Shown here: positions 37,762 through 45,022 of the stretch, piece by piece
How the letters are laid out: each line of letters begins with the position of its first letter
Numbering within the stretch: the first letter of the stretch is position 1
NCBI GenBank assembly: GCA_003141835.1
Contig: PLNR01000007.1
Location: 3,639 to 67,638 of the forward strand
Origin: Candidatus Omnitrophota bacterium
GTDB lineage: Bacteria; Omnitrophota; Gorgyraeia; Pluralincolimonadales; Pluralincolimonadaceae
Reading direction: 5' to 3'
Length of the DNA: 64,000 nt
Position numbers and translations under genes: made by a program
The notes under the pieces: model-generated
The model's database searches: none
Seen by the model: the letters and a program-made list of their open reading frames with translations, nothing else
What the model was told of the DNA's origin: nothing

Positions 37762-39507
37762 ATGCAGCCCAATCCACAAAAACCATCCCATAGGCAACTC
37801 ATCTTTAATATATCTGCGGTAATTATCCTCTGTTGCGTGGGCACTATCATCTACTCCAACACCTTCCACAGCCCGTTTCAATTTGACGACACCCCTTCAA
37901 TCGTGGATAATTACGTCATAAGAAATATCTTGAATCTGCAAGCTATCTGGAAATGCTGGGCCAGTCGTTTTATAACTTTTTTTACCTTCGCTCTTAATTA
38001 TCATTTTGACGGGCTTCACGTATTCAGTTACCATCTGGTCAACCTTATCATCCATTTAATTTCAGGCCTAACGGCCTTCTGGCTTATAACCCTTCTTCTC
38101 TCCACGCCGGAGATGAAAAAGGATAAGATCACCAAGCATGCAAACCTGATAGCCTTCCTCGCGGCTTTGATATTCTTAAGCCATCCCATTCAGACCGAGT
38201 CCGTCACATATATATTCCAGAGGTCAAGTTCTCTTGCCGGATTTTTTTATCTATTTTGCCTTTGTATATATACCAAGTCGAGGCAACTGAGAGCAGATGG
38301 CAATCCGTTATCAAGGTGGGGCTTTTTGTATTTATTCTCCTGGTTCTTAGGGATATTCGCCATGTTAACAAAAGAGAATACGTCTACCCTCCCTTTGATG
38401 GTTATCTTATTGGAGATCTATTTTTTTAAGGCGGATAAACCCATAAGATGGAAGTACATCTTTCCACTTTTGATTTTATTGCCGCTTGTGCCTCTATTGT
38501 TGCTCTATACCAGGCCGGTCACCTTTTCCGATGTGCAGACACTGATGAACTCGCCCTTAGACAAAGGGATAAGTTATCTCTTAACCCAGCCCAGAGTCCT
38601 GCTAACCTATATAAGGCTTCTGCTTATTCCCGTTAATCAAAATCTCGATTACGACTACCCTATTACGAAGAGCTTGTTGGAATTGCCCAGCCTATTAAGC
38701 ATTTTAGTCTTAGCTTTTATTCTGATAAGCGCGGTCAAGCTATTTCGCCGGCAACGGCTTATCTCCTTTGGTGTCGCTTGGTTCTTCTTGACCCTTCTGC
38801 CCGAATCGAGCATTATCCCGCTTAATGACGTAATCTTCGAGCACAGGCTATACTTGCCGCTTTTTGGTTATAGCCTTTTTCTTGTGAGCATTGCCTATTA
38901 CCTCTTCGGGAAGGAGTTCTTCAAGGTGATGGTTTCAATGCTGCTTGTGATAGTAGCCTGTTATTCGATTTTGGCCTACAACAGGAACCTCGCCTGGAAA
39001 GACGAGCTTACTTTATGGAACGATGCGGTTCTTAAATCCCCCCAAAAAGCAAGACCTTACAACAACCGCGGGCTTGCCTATTTCGATAAAGGCAACCTTG
39101 GCCAGGCCATCTCTGACTACAACAAAGCCATAGGGATTGATCCCAACCATGCTTTGGCCTACATCAACCGTGGCAATGCCTATTCCAACGAAGGCAACCT
39201 TGGCCAGGCCATCTCTGACTACAACAAAGCCATAGAGATCAACCCTAACCTTGCAGAGGCCTACTACAACCGTGGCAATGCCTATTCCAACAAAGGCAAC
39301 CTTGGCCAGGCCATCTCCGACTACAACAAAGCCATAGAGATCAACCCTAACCTTGCTTTGGCCTATAACAACCGCGGGCTTGCCTATTTTAACAAGAAGG
39401 ACTATGATAAAACTTGGAAAGACGTGCATAAAGCCGAAGGACTAGGATACAAGGTTAATCCCCAATTTCTTGCTGAACTAAAGAAGGTCTCAGGAAGAGA
39501 AAAGTAA
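37762..39507 (+). CDS. TMTC/PMT-like polytopic membrane glycosyltransferase-fold protein (DUF1736-type) with C-terminal TPR repeats
   Basis: 581-aa ORF. N-terminal FQFDDTPSIVDNYVIRN motif, many TM helices, and at least 4 C-terminal 34-aa TPRs. Confidence 0.65.
   Translation: MQPNPQKPSHRQLIFNISAVIILCCVGTIIYSNTFHSPFQFDDTPSIVDNYVIRNILNLQAIWKCWASRFITFFTFALNYHFDGLHVFSYHLVNLIIHLISGLTAFWLITLLLSTPEMKKDKITKHANLIAFLAALIFLSHPIQTESVTYIFQRSSSLAGFFYLFCLCIYTKSRQLRADGNPLSRWGFLYLFSWFLGIFAMLTKENTSTLPLMVILLEIYFFKADKPIRWKYIFPLLILLPLVPLLLLYTRPVTFSDVQTLMNSPLDKGISYLLTQPRVLLTYIRLLLIPVNQNLDYDYPITKSLLELPSLLSILVLAFILISAVKLFRRQRLISFGVAWFFLTLLPESSIIPLNDVIFEHRLYLPLFGYSLFLVSIAYYLFGKEFFKVMVSMLLVIVACYSILAYNRNLAWKDELTLWNDAVLKSPQKARPYNNRGLAYFDKGNLGQAISDYNKAIGIDPNHALAYINRGNAYSNEGNLGQAISDYNKAIEINPNLAEAYYNRGNAYSNKGNLGQAISDYNKAIEINPNLALAYNNRGLAYFNKKDYDKTWKDVHKAEGLGYKVNPQFLAELKKVSGREK
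39055..39400 (+). repeat. 3.4 tandem copies of a 102-bp repeat (TPR coding units), copies 2 and 3 near-identical
   Basis: GGCAACCTTGGCCAGGCCATCTC(T/C)GACTACAACAAAGCCATAG recurs at 39091, 39193 and 39295. The minus-strand track ORF here is a repeat artefact. Confidence 0.7.
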
Positions 39508-39591
39508 AATATTCTTGTGCCCAAACAGTGCCCGCCTAAAGCGAAAACGCATCATAATGCATCACAATAGACGAAAACTGTATAGTTGAAA

Positions 39592-39628
39592 AAAGTCTAT
39601 TTGATGGATATTTGGTAGTATAATTAAA
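39592..39628 (+). promoter_or_regulatory. promoter-like conserved element (…TTTGGTAGTATAATTAAA) upstream of DUF1266-TPR gene; paralogous copy at 42303-42338
   Basis: About 30 of 36 nt are identical between the two copies. Each contains a TATAAT hexamer 10-55 nt upstream of the start codon. Confidence 0.4.
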
Positions 39629-39683
39629 CAAATGAATTGCCACCGCCGCTGAGTTCAACGTCGGGCAGTCAAAGAGAGGAACG

Positions 39684-41288
39684 ATGGCTGAAACAGATAC
39701 CAAGATCCAGGGGTTGGCAATTGCCAGTTTGTCGTTGGCGATATTGGCATATATGTCGGCATGGCTCATAATCGGCCTGCTTTTCGCGATCCCGTCGGTC
39801 ATTTGCGGACACCTGGCCTTGGCTCGCGCCAAGGGAGTACAGGGCGCAGCAGCCGGAAAACCCTTGGCGATCATCGGCCTGGTCGTCGGATATATCTCTA
39901 TAGTCTTGAGTATCCTCGTTGCTGCCGCGCTGGCCCTGGCCCTGTTCCTTACCTATCAACATTCACAAGAGGCAGTAGAGTTAGCCAGAAGAGAGGCAAA
40001 AATCACAGCAATTAATGTTTCTTATCTCACACACGACCAGAAGATGTGGATCTGGGCGACCTGCGCTCTGCTTACAGAGTCGAACGGGAAACGCCATGAC
40101 GTATTTGGCGGCGCCGTGCCGACGCCGGAAGAGATTGCGCAAGAAAAGCAATTATTGCGGGAGTGGTGGGACGTGTACGACAGAGAAAGCATGCTGAGTA
40201 CCCTTGATTGGTTGTGGCAAGGGGGCCACAGGGACGATTTTGAGAAACTGAGTTTACGCGTACAGTCGCTTGATCCCGGGAAATTGCAGGCCATGAAAGA
40301 CATGGCAAAAGACAACCCGGAGCTGCTTCACAGGATAACCGTGGTAGAAAAATACTACAAGGACGTTGGGCCAAAGGGTATCTGCGGATGGGACTATTCC
40401 CGGTATGTAGCCCTCTGTGGCTGGGGATATCTCGCCGGCTACTTGAGCGAAAAGGAAGCGTGGCAGCACGCATTACCGGCAGCGCTGATCCTGCAGGCAA
40501 GGTTTGATTCCTGGGATGACCTGGGAAAGAATTACCTGATCGGCCGTGAGTTCTGGTCCCTGGAAGATACCCGGAAGACCGGAGCCCGCTTCCGCCGGTC
40601 ATATATCAGGCTAACCATAGATCCAACCAGCCCCTGGAGAGAGTATCCTTGGAATCTTGATCTTGAAAACCGGAAAATAACAAAGTCCAATCAAATCAAA
40701 AGCACGGCAAACAACCCTAGAAAGCCAGAAGGTCTGGATGATCTCAGCCATAACTATTATGACAAGGACAACTTCGACCGATCCATTTCTGACTGCACTA
40801 AGGCTATAGAAATTAACCCTAAAGATGCAGTCGCCTATATTAACCGTGGTATCGCATACAAAAAGGAAGGCGACTACGATAAGGCGATCTCGGATTACAA
40901 TAGGGCGTTGGAGATCGATCCAATGTATGCCGCCGCTTACTCCAACCTGGGAAGCATCTATTGCGACAAAAAGAAAGAATACGACCGCGCCGTATCATAT
41001 TTTAGTAAGGCGATAGAAATTAATCCTGGTTTCGCCGCCGCGTATTACAACAGGGGAAATGCCTATAAGAATAAAAATAACAATGACCTGGCGATTTCTA
41101 ATTATAATCTGGCAATACAAATAAACCCGAAATACGCCAATGCCTATTACAACCGGGCGCATAGTTATTATAATAAACATGAATACGAAAAAGCGAGGGA
41201 AGATGTTAATAAGGCGGAATCGTTAGGGCAAGTGGCGGATCTCGAATTCCTCGAAGACCTTAAAAAAGCCTCAGGTAGAGATGATTAA
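39684..41288 (+). CDS. membrane-anchored DUF4190/DUF1266-like protein with C-terminal TPR repeats
   Basis: N-terminal TM hairpin, then a GWDYSRYVALCGWGYLAGYLSEKEAW motif (DUF1266-like), then 4 TPRs. The C-terminal tail (...LEFLEDLKKASGRDD) is homologous to the tail of the preceding TPR protein. Confidence 0.55.
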   Translation: MAETDTKIQGLAIASLSLAILAYMSAWLIIGLLFAIPSVICGHLALARAKGVQGAAAGKPLAIIGLVVGYISIVLSILVAAALALALFLTYQHSQEAVELARREAKITAINVSYLTHDQKMWIWATCALLTESNGKRHDVFGGAVPTPEEIAQEKQLLREWWDVYDRESMLSTLDWLWQGGHRDDFEKLSLRVQSLDPGKLQAMKDMAKDNPELLHRITVVEKYYKDVGPKGICGWDYSRYVALCGWGYLAGYLSEKEAWQHALPAALILQARFDSWDDLGKNYLIGREFWSLEDTRKTGARFRRSYIRLTIDPTSPWREYPWNLDLENRKITKSNQIKSTANNPRKPEGLDDLSHNYYDKDNFDRSISDCTKAIEINPKDAVAYINRGIAYKKEGDYDKAISDYNRALEIDPMYAAAYSNLGSIYCDKKKEYDRAVSYFSKAIEINPGFAAAYYNRGNAYKNKNNNDLAISNYNLAIQINPKYANAYYNRAHSYYNKHEYEKAREDVNKAESLGQVADLEFLEDLKKASGRDD

Positions 41289-42276
41289 ACGGATAGCGGC
41301 TGTTTTTTTATTTGTCGCGATAGCAGAGGGTGTATCTTTTGCCGACGTCATACACCTTAAATCCGGCGCTTCAGTCGAATGTATGATCAAGGTAGAAACG
41401 GACGACGCGGTAGTCGTCACGGTAAGCATCGGGGAAATGACGTATCCAAGGGACCTCATTGAATCGGTCTCGAAAGCCGGCGACGAAGAGAATACTAAGT
41501 TAAAAAAGAAATGGGAAGACCAGAAAAAACAGCGCGAGGCCGAGCAGGAACAGCAGAGGAAGCTCGCCGCAGAGCAGGAGAAATCAGCCCCGCCGAAAGC
41601 CCCGGAAAAGAAAGAGACCGCAAAAGAAAAGCCCCAGGAACAAAATCCGCCGGCAGAAAAACCAAAAGAGGAAAAACCCCTTAAATCTGTCGATACTATA
41701 AATTTCTACGATAAGTTTACATACAGATATGCCGTCCGCCTTCCGCCTAACTATAATATGAAGACCAAATATCCCGTCCTCTTCTGTTTTGACCCGGGGG
41801 CGAACGGAGACGATGCCGCCAAAAGATTCGCTTACGCCGCCGATAAACTAAACTGGATCATAGTCGGTTCGTTGGATGCGCACAACGGCCCTTGGCCTCC
41901 CATAAAAAGGGCGCAAGAGGCGATGCTAAAAGACATCCCGAAGCGATTCAGCGTGGATGAGAAACGGTTTTATGCGGCAGGCCTTTCAGGCGGGGCCAGA
42001 ATGTCGTTCTGTATAGCGCGTAACCATCCGGATCAATTCAAGGGCGTGATTGCCTGTGGCGCAGGACTTGATGATGCAAAAGAGGGCGTAATTAGAAATG
42101 TTGCCGTGTATCTTTGTGTCGGTAAGAATGATTCTAATCTGGGGGAGATGCAGGAGCTTTATAAAAAATTAGACATAGCCCATGTAAAAGCTTATAAGAA
42201 TGAATTTGAGGGAGGGCACGAATGGCCTTCTTCGGAGATCATTTCGCAGGCCCTGGACTGGATGACAAAACAGTGA
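41281..42276 (+). CDS. secreted alpha/beta-hydrolase esterase with K/E/P/Q-rich linker
   Basis: Signal peptide, a low-complexity charged region (residues ~70-130) and a GLSGG nucleophile elbow in the C-terminal hydrolase domain. Confidence 0.6.
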   Translation: MIKRIAAVFLFVAIAEGVSFADVIHLKSGASVECMIKVETDDAVVVTVSIGEMTYPRDLIESVSKAGDEENTKLKKKWEDQKKQREAEQEQQRKLAAEQEKSAPPKAPEKKETAKEKPQEQNPPAEKPKEEKPLKSVDTINFYDKFTYRYAVRLPPNYNMKTKYPVLFCFDPGANGDDAAKRFAYAADKLNWIIVGSLDAHNGPWPPIKRAQEAMLKDIPKRFSVDEKRFYAAGLSGGARMSFCIARNHPDQFKGVIACGAGLDDAKEGVIRNVAVYLCVGKNDSNLGEMQELYKKLDIAHVKAYKNEFEGGHEWPSSEIISQALDWMTKQ

Positions 42277-42302
42277 TTTAACACTTGCTACGTTTAGCTG
42301 AA

Positions 42303-42338
42303 AAGTCTATTTAAAGAATATTTGGTGGTATAATTAAA
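42303..42338 (+). promoter_or_regulatory. promoter-like conserved element (…TTTGGTGGTATAATTAAA), paralog of 39592-39628
   Basis: TGGTATAAT extended -10 at 42326-42334. It lies 17 nt upstream of the NHL gene ATG. Confidence 0.4.
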
Positions 42339-42350
42339 GAAAAAGAGAAT

Positions 42351-43496
42351 ATGACTAAAAAGAGATCAGGGGGAGTATGCACCTTATTTATCTTTCTCCT
42401 TGTTATATTCAACCCCACCTCCGGTTTTTCGGAAGAACAATATAATCCTCCGGCACCCGAACTGCAAATTCATCCTTTTTGTAAGCTTGGAACAGGCAGG
42501 GCAGATGCTTCATCACCCGCCATCAATCCGCCCGACGGTTTGGCGTTTACCGAGGACGGATTGTTGCTGGCCACGGATGCGATGAATCACAGAGTACAGA
42601 TTTTCGATCCCTATTCCGGCGAACATCTGGGGTCGATCGGCAATCCCGGTCTTTTTAAGGGTGAAATCGTATGTATTATTGTCTTACCTGACCAGGGATT
42701 GCTGATAAGCGATGAAAAGGCTAATCAGGTTTACCGGTTCAAACGGACCGCGGTTTCACCGGCGGCATTTCAATCAATGTCCCAGCCTCTCTTAAGCGGC
42801 GAAGGGTACAAAAAACTCTGCGGGATGGCGCGTGATTCAAAGGGGCGGATATATGTCGTCGACGGGATTACAGGGCACGTATGCCGGTATCTTCCGGACT
42901 TTAAACCGGACTCCAGTTGGAAATTTCAATCAAGACGTCCGGACAATGGGCTTATCCTCAATAAGGCCGAAGGGATCGCGATCGACGAGTCAAGAGGAAT
43001 GCTGTTTTTATCCAGCGAGTGGGACGGCATGATCCATGCATTTAATCTTGAAACAGGAGAATGGACAGGCAAATCAATCGGCCGGGGGACGGATGCTTTG
43101 ACCGGTAAACCGCTTGGTCAATCAGTGTTTTTCAGGTCTGTAGAAGGGCTTGCCATAATAGATAACTATCTTTTGGCAGTTGATGAGGGCGAAATCTCCA
43201 AATTAAAAAATTGTCACGGGCATCTGTTGGTTTTCGATCTGCGCAGTCCCGTGCTGTATGAAACGGATGCGGAGAAATGCCGGAAGAGAATGGCTGATGG
43301 ATTCTCAGATGGATTAGTAGGATGGTTTGGATCCTACGCGTCGCCTGATTCAGTCGCAATTTTCCCCGGCAGCACGGAACATCCGGAACCGCTGATAGCA
43401 GTTGCGGACCAAGGCTCGTACCTGGTCCAGGTTTATAGGTGGAAAGAAATCCAGGATGCGCTTCAGAAACTTAGAAAAGAAGAATTCCGTGATTAA
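42351..43496 (+). CDS. secreted NHL-repeat beta-propeller protein
   Basis: Signal peptide plus repeated NHL-like units (NHRVQIFD, YVVD, and others). Confidence 0.6.
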   Translation: MTKKRSGGVCTLFIFLLVIFNPTSGFSEEQYNPPAPELQIHPFCKLGTGRADASSPAINPPDGLAFTEDGLLLATDAMNHRVQIFDPYSGEHLGSIGNPGLFKGEIVCIIVLPDQGLLISDEKANQVYRFKRTAVSPAAFQSMSQPLLSGEGYKKLCGMARDSKGRIYVVDGITGHVCRYLPDFKPDSSWKFQSRRPDNGLILNKAEGIAIDESRGMLFLSSEWDGMIHAFNLETGEWTGKSIGRGTDALTGKPLGQSVFFRSVEGLAIIDNYLLAVDEGEISKLKNCHGHLLVFDLRSPVLYETDAEKCRKRMADGFSDGLVGWFGSYASPDSVAIFPGSTEHPEPLIAVADQGSYLVQVYRWKEIQDALQKLRKEEFRD

Positions 43497-44874
43497 ACGA
43501 TTACTGGCTAAATGGTACGGGGATTTTACGCGCGAAGAATTTATCAGAGTCTTGCTGCTAGGGACAGCGTTTGCTTTACTAATCGGTACTTACTGGACAT
43601 TGAGGCCGTTAAAGGACGCGTTATTCAAGGCATTTATAATTGGAGACGGTCTTCATAAAGATGCTTCGCCTCTGGCATGGGCCAAAATACTCTCTGTTTG
43701 CGCGTTGATCCCTTTGGTAATGTTTTATAGCCGTCTTGTGGACCGATTCAAAAGGCAGTCGCTCTTTTATGTGATAGGCGGATTTATGGCATGCGTGTTG
43801 GTTATTTTCAGCTTTTTATTTGTCCATCCGACGCTTGGATTGGCTAACAAGGTAGCTAGTCCGGAACGGTGGATTGGCTGGTTGTGGTATGTCTTTGTCG
43901 AGGCTTATGGTTCGTTGATGGTTGCGCTGTTTTGGGCGTATACTTCGGATTCGATTGACGCCGAATGTGCAAAAAAATCATTCCCGATGATCGTCATGTT
44001 TGGACAAGTGGGAGGGATTTTAGGCCCGCAGTCGACGCATTTACCGGCATTGCTGGGTTTTCGCAGCTGTGCGCCTTTGGTGGCGGCATGCGCTGTCAGC
44101 ACGGTGGTTATAGTGATGATAATTCGCCAGTTTGCCATAAGAGTGGCACGGCAGGCTGTTGCAATACCCGTCAAAGAGGTATGTTTGCCTCGTCCCAAGG
44201 AAGAAGGAGCCGGTTTTATTGAAGGGCTTCGGCTGTTAGTCAAAGACCGCTATTTGCTCGGCATATTCCTAGTCGTGGCTTTTTACGAAGTGGTCGTTAC
44301 AATTTTTGATTTCAATTTCAAGCGGCTCGTGTTTCAAAATGCCGTCGGGCACCAGGCTACGGCATCGTTGCTTGGTAATTACGGCACGGCGGTAAATACG
44401 GTTTCATTCCTATGCCTTGCATTGGGTATCGGTAATGTGCAGCGCCGGCTGGGAATGAAGACAGCCTTGTGCGCAATGCCATTCATAATCGGGATAATGG
44501 TAATAGGTTTCAAATTGGCTCCTTCGCTCGCCCCGCTTTTTTGGATTATGGTGGCCGCCAAGGCGCTCAATTACGCCCTTAACTCGCCCTCCTTAAAACA
44601 ACTCTATATCCCCACTTCGACGGCCGCTAAGTACAAAGCCCAGGCGTGGATCGAAATGTTCGGCGCTCGCAGCGCCAAGGCGGGCGGCTCAGGCATCAAC
44701 ACTTTGCTGAAAGTTTTCCAGACACGGGCCGGCGATGTTGCCGTTGGTTTTGCTTTATATGTTACTTTCGCAAGTTTATTTTCCGGGGTGATCCTTGTAT
44801 GCTGGTTCTTCGTCGCGCTTTTCCTTTCAAGGGAATATGATCGCCGGGTAAATTGCATTAAAGACAGCCGGTAA
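43456..44874 (+). CDS. TLC-family nucleotide (ATP/ADP) translocase-like transporter
   Basis: About 12 TM helices. The N-terminal region aligns by eye with Npt1-type translocases (YWTLRPLKDALF ~ NYTILRDTKDTL; AWAKI...LFYVI; HP; WYVFVEAYGSLMVALFWAY). The start could be ATG 43456 or GTG 43489, overlapping the NHL stop. Confidence 0.6.
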   Translation: MRFRNLEKKNSVIKRLLAKWYGDFTREEFIRVLLLGTAFALLIGTYWTLRPLKDALFKAFIIGDGLHKDASPLAWAKILSVCALIPLVMFYSRLVDRFKRQSLFYVIGGFMACVLVIFSFLFVHPTLGLANKVASPERWIGWLWYVFVEAYGSLMVALFWAYTSDSIDAECAKKSFPMIVMFGQVGGILGPQSTHLPALLGFRSCAPLVAACAVSTVVIVMIIRQFAIRVARQAVAIPVKEVCLPRPKEEGAGFIEGLRLLVKDRYLLGIFLVVAFYEVVVTIFDFNFKRLVFQNAVGHQATASLLGNYGTAVNTVSFLCLALGIGNVQRRLGMKTALCAMPFIIGIMVIGFKLAPSLAPLFWIMVAAKALNYALNSPSLKQLYIPTSTAAKYKAQAWIEMFGARSAKAGGSGINTLLKVFQTRAGDVAVGFALYVTFASLFSGVILVCWFFVALFLSREYDRRVNCIKDSR

Positions 44875-44891
44875 ATGATGCGTCCCATTCA

Positions 44892-44916
44892 AAAACTGTA
44901 CGTTTCCTGTATAGCG
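44892..44916 (+). repeat. intergenic motif AAAACTGTACGTTTCCTGTATAGCG (copy B)
   Basis: See 37625-37649. Confidence 0.5.
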
Positions 44917-44952
44917 CAACCTTTTTGGCTAAGAGAGGTTGCGTTTGTTTTT
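44914..44952 (+). terminator. rho-independent terminator after TLC transporter gene
   Basis: Stem GCGCAACC/GGTTGCGT followed by TTGTTTTTAT. Confidence 0.5.
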
Positions 44953-45022
44953 ATATTGCTTTTACGCTGTTTTAATGGTAAAAAGTACCAAACAACGTAC
45001 ACCCAGTTCAGCGTATATTAAA

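Noticed and set aside
39013-39429. 138-aa minus-strand ORF, and a possible CRISPR-like regular repeat
   Set aside because: It lies wholly inside the 102-bp tandem TPR-coding repeats of the plus-strand gene. The period equals 34 codons, with no unique spacers and no cas genes. It is therefore a repeat-induced ORF artefact.
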